Origin: Agriterribacter sp.
Lineage (GTDB): Bacteria; Bacteroidota; Bacteroidia; Chitinophagales; Chitinophagaceae
NCBI GenBank assembly: GCA_041484195.1
Contig: JBGPHC010000010.1
Coordinates: forward strand, 28,468-92,467
Length of the DNA: 64,000 nucleotides
Direction of reading: 5' to 3'
The position numbers and the translations under genes were made by a program. The notes beneath the pieces were generated by a model that saw only the letters and a list, made by a program, of their open reading frames with translations, was not told the DNA's origin and ran no database searches. Positions 29,826 to 39,871 of this stretch are shown here, in pieces. Each line of letters begins with the position of its first letter. Within the stretch, counting starts at the first letter, position 1.

Positions 29826-32800
29826 ATGAATATATCTGAATTGAGTTTGCGGCGGCCTGTACTGGCTACGGTCATGAGCATTATCATCGTCGTTTTCGGC
29901 GTGATAGGCTTTACTTTCCTTGGCATCAGGGACTATCCCGCCATTGACCCGCCCATTATTAACGTACGCACCAGTTATGCCGGGGCCAATGCCGACATTA
30001 TAGAATCACAGATCACAGAACCACTTGAAAAATCAATCAATGGCATCGCGGGTGTAAAAAATATCACTTCATCCAGCAGCCAGGGCACCAGCAGCATCAC
30101 AGTTGAATTTGATCTCGGTGTGGACCTGGAAGCTGCAGCCAATGATGTGCGCGATAAGGCAAGCCAGGCACAGAGATCCCTCCCGCAGGACCTGGACGCG
30201 CCCTCTGTGGTATCAAAAGCTGACGCTAATTCCGACGCGATCATCTCCATGACCGTGCAGAGTAATTCCAGGAACCAGCTTCAGGTAAATGAATATGCAA
30301 CAAATGTTTTGCAGGAAAGATTGCAGACTATCCCAGGCGTGAGCAGTTTGCAGATATGGGGAGAAAAGAGGTATGCGATGCGAATCTGGTTTGAACCTTC
30401 CAAGCTCAGCGCTTATGGTCTCACCTTCCAGGACGTGCAGGATGCCTTGCAGCGTGAAAATGTTGACCTTCCTTCAGGCAAGATCTCTGGCAATACTACA
30501 GAACTTACCGTACGCACTTTCGGCAGGTTGACTACCGAAGATGAATTCAACAATATCATCGTCAAGAACCAGGGCGGATCAGATATCAGGTTAAAGGACA
30601 TTGGAGAAGCCGTATTGGGTCCCGAAAATGAAGAGACCGTTCTCAAATTGAACGGCACGCCCATGATTGCTTTGGCCATTGTACCACAGCCCGGGTCGAA
30701 TTATGTTTCCATTTCAAAAGAATTCTACAAGCGGTTTGACCAACTGAAAAAAGAAGTACCCGAAGACATTAAACTTGATATCATACTCGACCAGAGCGTC
30801 TTCATCCAAAGATCTATTTCTGAAGTGGAAGAAACTCTGGCTATCGCAATAACACTCGTGGTCCTGATCATTTACCTGTTCTTCAGGGATTGGATCATCG
30901 CCATTCGGCCATTGATTGATATTCCTGTTTCATTGATCGCGGCTTTCTTCATCATGTACCTCGCAGGGTTCACCATCAATGTACTCAGTCTGCTTGGAAT
31001 TGTATTGGCCACCGGATTGGTGGTGGATGATGGCATTGTTGTGACTGAGAACATATTCAAGAAGATGGAGCAGGGCATGAATAAATGGCACGCGGCCAGA
31101 GAAGGATCGAAAGAGATATACTTTGCCGTTATCTCCACTTCCCTCACGCTGGCAGTAATCTTCCTCCCTATTATTTTCCTGCAGGGATTCGTGGGCAGGC
31201 TTTTTCGTGAATTCGGCATCGTGGTGGCCGGCGCCGTATTGGTTTCCGCTTTTGTTTCGCTGACCCTGACGCCAGTTCTAAACGTAAAGCTCACACGAAG
31301 TGCGCATAAACATGGTTGGTTCTACAGGGTAACGGAGCCTTTTTTCAAGGGGATGGAAAGCGGCTATCATCGCCTGCTGATTTATTTTATGAAGATCAAA
31401 TGGATGGCCATCGTAATCATCCTCGTCTGTCTCGGGATCATTTTTTCCATTGGCAGTAAGATACCATCCGAGCTGGCGCCATTGGAAGACCGGAGCCAAT
31501 TCAGAATGCAGGCAACGGCCCCCGAAGGTACTTCCTTTGAATATATGGACAGGTATATCGACCGCCTGACGCATTTCGTCATGGATTCTGTTCCGGAATA
31601 CAAGACTGTTCTCACAGTTACGGCCCCCGGTTTTACGGGATCCGGATCCGTGAACACAGGTTTCTTGAGGGCCACCCTGGCTGACCCTAAAGACAGGACG
31701 AGGAGCCAGCAGGAAATTGTGGACATGGTCAATAGAAATCTTCCGAAATTTTCAGAGGGCCGCGCATTCTGCACCCAGGAACAAACGATCGCCGTGAACA
31801 GACGTGGCGGTCTACCCGTTCAGTTCGTCATTCAAAATAATGATTTCGATAAAATCAAGGACGTGCTCCCGAAATTTCTGGAAGAAGCCAATAAAAACCC
31901 CGCCTTCCAGGGAGTGGATGTGGATCTTAAATTCAATAAGCCCGAACTGGCAGTGAGCATTGACAGGCTGAAAGCCAGCGATCTTGGGGTGAGCATAGAC
32001 GTTATATCCCAGGCCCTGCAGTTGGCATTTAGCAACAGGCGGTTGGGCTATTTCATAAAAGAGGGCAAACAGTACCAGGTGATCGGGCAGGTACCAAAGA
32101 GTCAAAGAAACGAGCCAACTGATCTGAGAAATATTTATGTGCGCAATGCCCGCGGTGAGAGTATTTCATTGGACAACCTGGTTTCGGTGAATGAAGGCAC
32201 CACCCCTCCAACAATTTATCATTTCAACAGGTATAAATCAGCCACGGTTTCCGCGGGACTTGCCCCAGGAAAAACATTGGGCGACGGCATCAAGGCCATG
32301 CAGGAAATTGGAAAAAAATTGCTTGACGAATCTTTCGCTACCTCCCTGGCCGGATCTTCCCGCGATTTCGCAGAAAGCGCGGGAAATACTTCGTTCGCCT
32401 TCATCCTGGCGTTGGTATTGATCTTCCTGGTGCTGGCCGCACAGTTTGAGAGTTTTGTTGACCCTATTGTGATCATGCTCACCGTGCCGCTGGCCATTGC
32501 CGGGGCGGTATTGTCGCTTTGGATATTCGGACAAACCCTGAATATTTTCTCCCAAATAGGCATGATCATGCTGATTGGCCTCGTGACGAAAAATGGGATC
32601 CTCATCGTGGAGTTTGCCAACCAGAAGCAGCGGGCAGGTACTCGTAAACGTGAAGCCGTGATTGAAGCGGCTACGGCAAGGCTGCGACCCATTCTCATGA
32701 CAAGCCTTGCCATGTCACTCGGTGCGCTTCCCCTGGCGCTTTCCATAGGCGCGGCCTCCACGAGCAGGATACCCCTGGGTATTGTCATTGTTGGCGGCAT

Positions 32801-32915
32801 CATATTCTCGTTGGTACTTACCCTTTTTGTTATCCCGGCCATGTATATTTTCCTGGCTGCACGGAAGCATCAAAGCCATTTGGATGAATATTTTTCAGAA
32901 GAACAAAGAGCATAA
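29826..32915 (+). CDS. RND (AcrB/HAE1-type) inner-membrane efflux pump
   Basis: 1029 aa. N-terminal RRPVLATVMSIIIVVFG, with 12-TM/two-large-loop architecture and conserved TM4 VVDDGIVV. Confidence 0.95.
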   Translation: MNISELSLRRPVLATVMSIIIVVFGVIGFTFLGIRDYPAIDPPIINVRTSYAGANADIIESQITEPLEKSINGIAGVKNITSSSSQGTSSITVEFDLGVDLEAAANDVRDKASQAQRSLPQDLDAPSVVSKADANSDAIISMTVQSNSRNQLQVNEYATNVLQERLQTIPGVSSLQIWGEKRYAMRIWFEPSKLSAYGLTFQDVQDALQRENVDLPSGKISGNTTELTVRTFGRLTTEDEFNNIIVKNQGGSDIRLKDIGEAVLGPENEETVLKLNGTPMIALAIVPQPGSNYVSISKEFYKRFDQLKKEVPEDIKLDIILDQSVFIQRSISEVEETLAIAITLVVLIIYLFFRDWIIAIRPLIDIPVSLIAAFFIMYLAGFTINVLSLLGIVLATGLVVDDGIVVTENIFKKMEQGMNKWHAAREGSKEIYFAVISTSLTLAVIFLPIIFLQGFVGRLFREFGIVVAGAVLVSAFVSLTLTPVLNVKLTRSAHKHGWFYRVTEPFFKGMESGYHRLLIYFMKIKWMAIVIILVCLGIIFSIGSKIPSELAPLEDRSQFRMQATAPEGTSFEYMDRYIDRLTHFVMDSVPEYKTVLTVTAPGFTGSGSVNTGFLRATLADPKDRTRSQQEIVDMVNRNLPKFSEGRAFCTQEQTIAVNRRGGLPVQFVIQNNDFDKIKDVLPKFLEEANKNPAFQGVDVDLKFNKPELAVSIDRLKASDLGVSIDVISQALQLAFSNRRLGYFIKEGKQYQVIGQVPKSQRNEPTDLRNIYVRNARGESISLDNLVSVNEGTTPPTIYHFNRYKSATVSAGLAPGKTLGDGIKAMQEIGKKLLDESFATSLAGSSRDFAESAGNTSFAFILALVLIFLVLAAQFESFVDPIVIMLTVPLAIAGAVLSLWIFGQTLNIFSQIGMIMLIGLVTKNGILIVEFANQKQRAGTRKREAVIEAATARLRPILMTSLAMSLGALPLALSIGAASTSRIPLGIVIVGGIIFSLVLTLFVIPAMYIFLAARKHQSHLDEYFSEEQRA

Positions 32916-32924
32916 ATTTTTCCC

Positions 32925-34247
32925 ATGCGAGCAAAGAGAATTGGAGGTTTGATCCTGGCCATTGCCCTGGCCACAAATTCAGCGATAAGTCAGCAGGTCA
33001 TCAGTCTGGAAGATGCTATTGGAGCAGCATTGCAGAACAATTATGACATCTTGTTGGTCAGAAATGATTCAGCTTCGGCAGCCCTGGACAAGAGTTATAT
33101 TTATGGCGCCTTCCTTCCTACCCTCAATGGCAGCGCAACCAGATTGTGGAACGCGAACAATCAGAAGCAGAAACTGGCTGACGGAACGGAGAGAAAAGCC
33201 AATAACGTAAAATCCAATAATCTTGCGGCGAGTCTCCTACTGAATTGGACACTGTTCAATGGTTTCAAGATGTTCGCCACCAAAACAAAAGTGGAACAAC
33301 TTGCCCAATTGGGAGAATTATCCGTCAAGAACCAGGTGGTTAATACTGTAGCCGACATCGTGAATAATTATTATCTGGTGGTAAGACAAAAACAGCAACT
33401 GAAAGCCATCCAGGACCAGATGTCCATTAGCGAAGAAAGAGTGAAGTTGGCGGAAAGAAAATTATCAGTCGGACTGGGAACGAGGCCCGAATTGCTGCAA
33501 GCCAGGCTGGACCTCAACGCCCAGAAAGCGCAGACCCTGCAGCAGGAAAGCCTTATTTCGCAATTGAAAGAACAGCTCAATCAAAAGACAGGCCTGCAGC
33601 TTCCAGCACAATTCGACGTATCAGACAGTATTCCATTGCATCTTTCCCTGCAAATGGAGGACATTCAAAAAGACATCGAACAAAATAGCCCTACGCTTCT
33701 GATGGCCCAAAAGAACCTGGACATCTCCGAATCCATACTCCGGGAAAATAAGGGCGATCTTTGGCCCATCATATCATTTACTTCCGCCTACAATTTCACC
33801 AGGAATGATAACAAGACGGTGGTCAATCCATTTGTACCGCTTTTCAGCCTCAATAAAGGCTATAATTTTGGATTTACGGCGACCATTCCCATTCTCAACA
33901 ATATGAATACCCGGCGTCTCATAAACCAGGCTAAGCTTGGAATCAGTTACCAGACGGTCTATCTGAAGCAACAAAAAACGGCCGTAAATATTTCAGTGAG
34001 GATTGCCTACATGAACTATCAGTATGCAGTAAGCGCCCTAAAGTTGGAAGACGAGAATATTCTACTGGCGAAAGACAATGTCATGATCGCCCTGGAACGG
34101 TTCAAGCAGGGTGTCTCAACCTATCTCGAGTTGCGTGAGGCGCAAAAAAGCCTGGAAGATGCCTATGACAGGTTGATCGCCGCCCGTTATAATACCAAAC
34201 TATCCGAAGTTGAATTGCTGCGCCTTAAAGGTGAGCTCGTGAAATAG
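32925..34247 (+). CDS. TolC-family outer-membrane efflux channel
   Basis: 440 aa with a signal peptide and duplicated OEP repeats. It starts 9 nt after the RND pump gene. Confidence 0.85.
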   Translation: MRAKRIGGLILAIALATNSAISQQVISLEDAIGAALQNNYDILLVRNDSASAALDKSYIYGAFLPTLNGSATRLWNANNQKQKLADGTERKANNVKSNNLAASLLLNWTLFNGFKMFATKTKVEQLAQLGELSVKNQVVNTVADIVNNYYLVVRQKQQLKAIQDQMSISEERVKLAERKLSVGLGTRPELLQARLDLNAQKAQTLQQESLISQLKEQLNQKTGLQLPAQFDVSDSIPLHLSLQMEDIQKDIEQNSPTLLMAQKNLDISESILRENKGDLWPIISFTSAYNFTRNDNKTVVNPFVPLFSLNKGYNFGFTATIPILNNMNTRRLINQAKLGISYQTVYLKQQKTAVNISVRIAYMNYQYAVSALKLEDENILLAKDNVMIALERFKQGVSTYLELREAQKSLEDAYDRLIAARYNTKLSEVELLRLKGELVK

Positions 34248-34312
34248 AGCGCCTATCTTTGAATCATGCCAGCATTGCAGCCCTTCATTCTAAATTTAGG
34301 CAGCCTGATATC

Positions 34313-35356
34313 ATGGACGAGATCCTGAACCTGAAAATAATTGCAATCATTCCAGAGACTCGCGACGCCAGTAGTTTTGTGCTGGAGCCTCCTGACCAAC
34401 AAACGCCTGCCTACAAACCCGGTCAGTTCCTGACTTTTATTTTCAATTTCAAGGGTAGGGAAATCAGGCGATCTTATTCACTTTCCAGTGCACCCGGAAT
34501 CGATCAGCATTTATCCATTACCGTTAAGAGAGTCATCAATGGCGAAGTCTCGAGATGGCTGCTGGAACAGGCCCGGCCAGGGGACATCCTTACCGCAATT
34601 GCTCCAAAAGGCATGTTTGTACTGGAACCTGAACCAGATAAATACAGAGACATCATCCTGCTGGCTGCAGGCAGTGGCATAGTGCCTGTTTATTCAATTC
34701 TCAAATACGCATTGAGGAATGAACCCCGCTCATCAATCACACTCGCGTACCAGAATCACAGTGAGAAAAGTACCTTGTTCCGGTCCGATCTTGCAACCCT
34801 CCAAGAGCAATATGTGGACCGGTTCAGGTGGATAGATTTTGTTTCTACCCCGCTGCTGGAAATCAATCCGTCTCAAAGACTGAATAATGAAATGCTGGAG
34901 AATCTGATCCTGGAGAATATTTCCTTCAATTTTTCAGATACAAGAATATTTGTATGCGGTCCCATGTCCTTTATGAGGATGTGCCAGTTCACCGTATTCC
35001 TGATGAGTTTTAATGAAACACAATTCAGAAAAGAATATTTTGCCATACCTCCGCTTCCGGCGCCCCCAATGATGAATGATCCGGGGCCGAAACAGGTTTT
35101 AATCCGGCAGGGAAATCAGTTGCATTATGTCTCAGTCGCTTATCCAAAAACCATTCTTCAATCGGCTTTGGATCTTGGAATTGCCCTACCCTATAGCTGC
35201 AAGACCGGTCGCTGTGGCGCCTGCTTGGCAACCTGTAAGATAGGGAAACTGGAAATGTCCGACAATGAAGTGCTGACCGAAAAAGATTTGGAGCAAGGGC
35301 TGGTGCTAACCTGCGTTGCACATCCGGTGACCGATGTGGAAATTTCACTCTCGTGA
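34313..35356 (+). CDS. Ferredoxin-NAD(P)+ reductase-type flavoprotein fused to a plant-type 2Fe-2S ferredoxin domain
   Basis: FAD motif RSYSLSS, NAD(P) motif LLAAGSGIVP, and C-terminal CKTGRCGAC...LTC (C-x4-C-x2-C...C). Start set at ATG 34313. Confidence 0.85.
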   Translation: MDEILNLKIIAIIPETRDASSFVLEPPDQQTPAYKPGQFLTFIFNFKGREIRRSYSLSSAPGIDQHLSITVKRVINGEVSRWLLEQARPGDILTAIAPKGMFVLEPEPDKYRDIILLAAGSGIVPVYSILKYALRNEPRSSITLAYQNHSEKSTLFRSDLATLQEQYVDRFRWIDFVSTPLLEINPSQRLNNEMLENLILENISFNFSDTRIFVCGPMSFMRMCQFTVFLMSFNETQFRKEYFAIPPLPAPPMMNDPGPKQVLIRQGNQLHYVSVAYPKTILQSALDLGIALPYSCKTGRCGACLATCKIGKLEMSDNEVLTEKDLEQGLVLTCVAHPVTDVEISLS

Positions 35357-35382
35357 CTGGGCGCAGGAAGGGGAAATTCAAA

Positions 35383-35868
35383 TTATTTCAGGTCAAGGGA
35401 AGAAAAAGAAAGCGGTAAAAGAGAAGCCGCATCCTTGATTATAAAAACCTTTCCCTCCATACCTCCCAGTATCAGGCGAATCGGCTGATTCCATTTCTTC
35501 TCATATTCCAAAAGCGATTGACGGCAAATACCGCAGGGCGCAACGGGATGATTGCTCTCCCCGTTTTCCTTATAATAGCTGACTGCAATGGTATCAATGG
35601 GTATCCTGGGGTATAAGGAAGAAGCCGAAGCCAATAAGACTCTTTCGGCGCAAAGACCTGCAGGAAAGGAAGCATTCTCCTGGTTTGAACCGGCTACAAT
35701 TTCTCCATTAACCAGCTTGGCCACGGCTCCAACCTGGAAATTGGAATAAGGCGCATAAGCGCTCTGAGTCACTTCCCGGGCTTCATTCAGCAGCCAGGCA
35801 TCCGCCTCATTCAATTCCTTGGCGGAATCATAAACTTCGTAAGAAAAATCCTGTTTTATATTGGTCAT
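35383..35868 (-). CDS. cdd: Cytidine deaminase
   Basis: 161 aa with zinc motifs CAERVLL and PCGICRQSL. Confidence 0.9.
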   Translation of the reverse strand: MTNIKQDFSYEVYDSAKELNEADAWLLNEAREVTQSAYAPYSNFQVGAVAKLVNGEIVAGSNQENASFPAGLCAERVLLASASSLYPRIPIDTIAVSYYKENGESNHPVAPCGICRQSLLEYEKKWNQPIRLILGGMEGKVFIIKDAASLLPLSFSSLDLK

Positions 35869-35877
35869 TGGTTATTT

Positions 35878-35912
35878 GTCAGTAGTCAGTATTCAGTGGT
35901 CAGTGCTCACTT
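35878..35912. repeat. Degenerate heptanucleotide tandem repeat (5 units)
   Basis: GTCAGTA GTCAGTA TTCAGTG GTCAGTG CTCACTT, immediately upstream of the cdd start codon region and downstream of the lepB stop. Confidence 0.85.
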
Positions 35913-35933
35913 GTGCGCCCCTGTTCCCAGCAG

Positions 35934-37436
35934 CTACTTAATTGACTTGAACAATCTCTTCCATCTTGGACCATGGTCCCAGCTAAACCAAATCAAGGCT
36001 GCCCTGCCTACTACATGATCTTCCGGAACAAAGCCCCAGAACCGGGAATCCTGGGAATTATGCCGGTTATCTCCCATCATCCAGTAATAGTCCATCTTGA
36101 ATGTATATTGTTTGCTTGCTTGTCCATTGATGATGAATTGGCCGCCTTTTTCTTCCAAACTATTACCTTCATAAACCGAAATTATCCTTCTGTAAAAGGC
36201 GATATTTTCGGCGGTCAGTGCAACCGTCACGCCTTTTTTGGGGATCCAGATGGGTCCGTAATTGTCTTCGCTCCACTTGTAATGAGCCGTATCATTAGGA
36301 AAAACAACCGGATTAAATCCCTCCTTGATATCTTTTACAACACTCTTAATATAGGGAAGTTTGCGCATCCGGGCAGCTTCTTCTTCTGAAAGGTCAATCA
36401 GATAACTGCCCGCGTTTGGCAGGGGATAATACTGGCCTCGCTCTCCATCTGTTTCCACATGAAAATCCTGTTTCAGCATTTCTTCGTCCAGCGCCTGACC
36501 GTTAGTCTGTACCGAATAAAAAGTCGCCGAAGCAGGAGGCACATAGGCAGCCGCGCCATTTATATAGAGGATCGCCTGTTTCACCTGCAGGGTATCACCC
36601 GGTATGCCAACGCATCTCTTGATAAAATTCTCTCTCTTGTCCACAGGTCTCACCATTATATCATCCCGTTGCAATATCTCTTCCCTGTTTCCTTTGTACT
36701 GTTCCCGCAGGGCATCGTAATAATTTACATTCGATTCATATTCACCAATCACGGTATCGCCTACCGGATAATTGAAGACCACTACATCATTGCGACCCAC
36801 GGGATCCTTCCACAGCCTCCTATAGGGCAATTTGATCCACTCCAAATATGATTTGGTACCGGTTACCGGTAAGGTATGATGCACAAACGGAAAAGCCAGC
36901 GGTGTGTTGGGCAGACGCGGGCCATAACTCAACTTGCTCACAAACAGGAAATCATTCACCAGCAGAGTTTTTTCCATGCTCCCGGTAGGGATCGTATAGG
37001 CCTCGAATACAAAAGTGCGAATTATTGTGGCCGCCACAACGGCGAATACGCCCGCATCAATCCATTCCCGCGCCGTAGATTTCTTATAGTTCTTAACAAC
37101 AGCGCTCCCTGCATACCTTTCATCCTTTGAATAACCCAGGTAAATGAAATAAATAAATGGGATGAAAACCGTAGCCGCATGATGTACCAGCGAAAAGCGG
37201 CCAAAATGCTCCACAAATTTTATGAAGATCCAGATGGATATGAATTGTCCCGCGATGGGTATGAATTGGAGAAAGAACCAATATTTCCTGATCGGCATCT
37301 TTTCCACCATCAACCAGGTATTGTAATAAGGTATCAGTGCTTTCCAGGGGGTGATGCCCGCTTTCCTAAACATTCCGTATAGTCCGATATGAAAACCAAT
37401 GGCGCCTAAAATAAACAGGATCCAGCCTATGCTCAT
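35934..37436 (-). CDS. lepB: Signal peptidase I (long Bacteroidota form)
   Basis: Catalytic Ser box TGSMEKTL, Lys-region FVSK, and GDNRHNSQDSRFWGFV box. Start set at ATG 37436 (MSIGWILF...). Confidence 0.9.
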   Translation of the reverse strand: MSIGWILFILGAIGFHIGLYGMFRKAGITPWKALIPYYNTWLMVEKMPIRKYWFFLQFIPIAGQFISIWIFIKFVEHFGRFSLVHHAATVFIPFIYFIYLGYSKDERYAGSAVVKNYKKSTAREWIDAGVFAVVAATIIRTFVFEAYTIPTGSMEKTLLVNDFLFVSKLSYGPRLPNTPLAFPFVHHTLPVTGTKSYLEWIKLPYRRLWKDPVGRNDVVVFNYPVGDTVIGEYESNVNYYDALREQYKGNREEILQRDDIMVRPVDKRENFIKRCVGIPGDTLQVKQAILYINGAAAYVPPASATFYSVQTNGQALDEEMLKQDFHVETDGERGQYYPLPNAGSYLIDLSEEEAARMRKLPYIKSVVKDIKEGFNPVVFPNDTAHYKWSEDNYGPIWIPKKGVTVALTAENIAFYRRIISVYEGNSLEEKGGQFIINGQASKQYTFKMDYYWMMGDNRHNSQDSRFWGFVPEDHVVGRAALIWFSWDHGPRWKRLFKSIK

Positions 37437-37601
37437 GTAATTTGTAATTTTAAAGTGGCCAAAAATAGCACAATTCGGTTGATTTAGGGATATGTCGGCG
37501 AACCGGGGCAAAAGTTACAACCCATTTAATATAGATTTGTTAACGAAATATCAAGGCCGATATATTGATATTTGTCATACATCTTAATACCTGATTCAGC
37601 A

Positions 37602-37940
37602 GTGAATATCGAAGAATTACGGGAATATGCACTCTCCAGGGAAGGGGCCACGGAAAGTTTTCCTTTTGGAGAAACGACTCTTGTTTTCAAGGTCAACAAT
37701 AAAATTTTCCTCCTGGCAAGCCTTGATGAGCAACCCCTTCAGTTCAATGTGAAATGCCTGCCGGAAAGAGCCATTGAACTTCGGGAAATGCATGAGAGTG
37801 TACTGCCAGGCTACCACATGAATAAAAAACACTGGAATACCATCCTGGTAGATGGCTCATTATCCAGACGGGAATTGCAGGATTTTATCAATGATTCTTA
37901 TCACTTGGTGAAAGGGCTGGCAAAGAAAAAAACTCAATGA
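37602..37940 (+). CDS. MmcQ/YjbR-family protein
   Basis: NIEELREYALSREGATESFPFGE...HMNKKHWNTI is typical of the YjbR family. Probable GTG start at 37602; the track ORF starts at a TTG at 37572. Confidence 0.75.
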   Translation: MNIEELREYALSREGATESFPFGETTLVFKVNNKIFLLASLDEQPLQFNVKCLPERAIELREMHESVLPGYHMNKKHWNTILVDGSLSRRELQDFINDSYHLVKGLAKKKTQ

Positions 37941-38041
37941 ATCGCGCGACCTCCCCTGCCTTTGGACAGGGTACAACCTGCGATTGTTATTTTATAAGTT
38001 GATCCTAGAAGCCAAATGGATTGCCGGATTTCAACTCCTCA

Positions 38042-38701
38042 TCACATCAATTGATTCAAAGTATTGGACACTTCGCTGGCATGGCTATAAACCATAAAAT
38101 GTCCCGCACCCCGGACTGTATGTGAGGCATGAACGCTTGAAAGTGGAAAAATCCTGTCGCTTGTGCCATGAATATGTAAAACACCCGGAGGGACCCAGCG
38201 ATTATTCCAGTTGAGAATCCGGTCAACAGACCATCGCAGATATGCGGGATCAATATTACGCCTGAATTCCATGGCTAATTGCTTTTCGGCTTCATGATCT
38301 GCTCCCAAAAAATAATTTTCAATTGGCTCCAAAATCTTCAGACTCGAAAAAGACTGCCGGGAAAGGATAGGAATGACCCGATGCAGGTTCAGAACTCTTA
38401 CGAGTTTCAACCAGGCTGGAAGTTCATCCTTTGTTTTTATGCTCGATATAAGGATTACCCGGTCCGCCTGAATAATCTTGGCGATTTCAATGCACATCAT
38501 TCCGCCAAAAGAAACGCCAATCAACACGGGATGCTCATGCTTGATTTGCTCGCACATTCGTGCCGCGTAGGCCTCCAAGGTCTCTTGCTTTCCCGGCACA
38601 ATCCAGGAGAGATGGTGTAGGTCGCAATCCTGCCATTGCAACCTGCTGAAGATCCTTTCATCTGCACCGAGCCCGCTGATGCAATATACCTGCCGCCTCA
38701 T
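38042..38701 (-). CDS. Alpha/beta-fold hydrolase (small, 219 aa)
   Basis: Nucleophile elbow GVSFGG and C-terminal GAGHF His context. It starts 6 nt downstream of the sigma-54 activator gene on the same strand. Confidence 0.75.
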   Translation of the reverse strand: MRRQVYCISGLGADERIFSRLQWQDCDLHHLSWIVPGKQETLEAYAARMCEQIKHEHPVLIGVSFGGMMCIEIAKIIQADRVILISSIKTKDELPAWLKLVRVLNLHRVIPILSRQSFSSLKILEPIENYFLGADHEAEKQLAMEFRRNIDPAYLRWSVDRILNWNNRWVPPGVLHIHGTSDRIFPLSSVHASHTVRGAGHFMVYSHASEVSNTLNQLM

Positions 38702-38707
38702 AAAAAA

Positions 38708-39871
38708 CTATTTCCTGGGAATAACATAGTTGTTGATGTCTTCCGAATTGATGGTTTTTCCGGAAAGGATCACCAGGCGTTCCACCACGTTTCGCAATTC
38801 CCGGATATTTCCGGTCCAGTTATTTTGCTGCAAAGCGAGAAGCGCTTCCTGGTCAATCCCTTTCTTGGCGATGCCATATTCGCTGCAAATGTCTTCCAGA
38901 AACTTATCTACCAGCAGCGGAATATCATCCCTTCTTTCATTGAGTGATGGCACATGAATGATGATCACGCTCAGCCTATGGTACAGATCCAGGCGGAATT
39001 GCTTCTCATCCACTTCACGGAGCAAATCCTTATTGGTTGCCGCAATCACTCTCACATCTACATTGATATCCTTATCACCACCTACGCGGGTGATCTTCCC
39101 TTCCTGCAATGCGCGCAATACCTTGGCCTGCGCGTTGAGGCTCATATCCCCAATTTCATCCAGGAACAGTGTGCCACCATGCGCCTGTTCAAATTTTCCG
39201 ATACGTTGCTTAACTGCGGATGTAAAGGATCCTTTTTCATGGCCAAACAATTCACTTTCTATCAATTCACTCGGGATGGCGGCGCAATTCACCTCAATCA
39301 ACGGACCCTTGGAGCGATTGCTTTTTTCGTGAATCCAGCGGGCGACTAACTCCTTACCCACACCATTCTCGCCGGTAATCATCACACGGGCATCCGTAGG
39401 CGCTACTTTGTCAATGGTCTCCCTGATCTTCAGGATGGGGGATGACTCGCCAATCATTTCTTCGGCCTTGGAAACTTTCCTGCGCAATACCTTGGCCTCA
39501 GTGACCAGGTCGGTCTTGTCCATCGCGTTCCTGATGGTGATCAGCAGGCGGTTGAGATCGGGCGGCTTGGAAATATAGTCATAAGCTCCTTTTTTTACTG
39601 CTTCCACCGCGGTTTCGATGGTGCCGTGGCCGGAAATCATGATCACGGGAACGTCTGAATTGATCTCTCCCGCCTTGTCCAGGAATTCAATGCCGTCAAC
39701 CTTCGGCATCTTTATATCACACAAGACCACATCATAGGTTTTCTCCCTGAATTTCTTCAGTCCCTCCTCCCCATCGCCGGCTTCATCAATCTTATAGCCT
39801 TCGTAAGAAAGTATTTCTCCCAATGTTTTGCGGATCGCCTTTTCGTCATCAATGATCAGAATGTTCGACAT
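38708..39871 (-). CDS. Sigma-54-dependent response regulator (receiver + AAA+), no C-terminal HTH domain
   Basis: 387 aa. Receiver domain (ILIIDDE...DIKMP), Walker A GENGVGKE, Walker B LFLDEIG, GAFTGA-position loop reads GSFTSA, and arginine finger region RELRN. The protein ends about 20 aa after the AAA+ lid. Confidence 0.85.
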   Translation of the reverse strand: MSNILIIDDEKAIRKTLGEILSYEGYKIDEAGDGEEGLKKFREKTYDVVLCDIKMPKVDGIEFLDKAGEINSDVPVIMISGHGTIETAVEAVKKGAYDYISKPPDLNRLLITIRNAMDKTDLVTEAKVLRRKVSKAEEMIGESSPILKIRETIDKVAPTDARVMITGENGVGKELVARWIHEKSNRSKGPLIEVNCAAIPSELIESELFGHEKGSFTSAVKQRIGKFEQAHGGTLFLDEIGDMSLNAQAKVLRALQEGKITRVGGDKDINVDVRVIAATNKDLLREVDEKQFRLDLYHRLSVIIIHVPSLNERRDDIPLLVDKFLEDICSEYGIAKKGIDQEALLALQQNNWTGNIRELRNVVERLVILSGKTINSEDINNYVIPRK

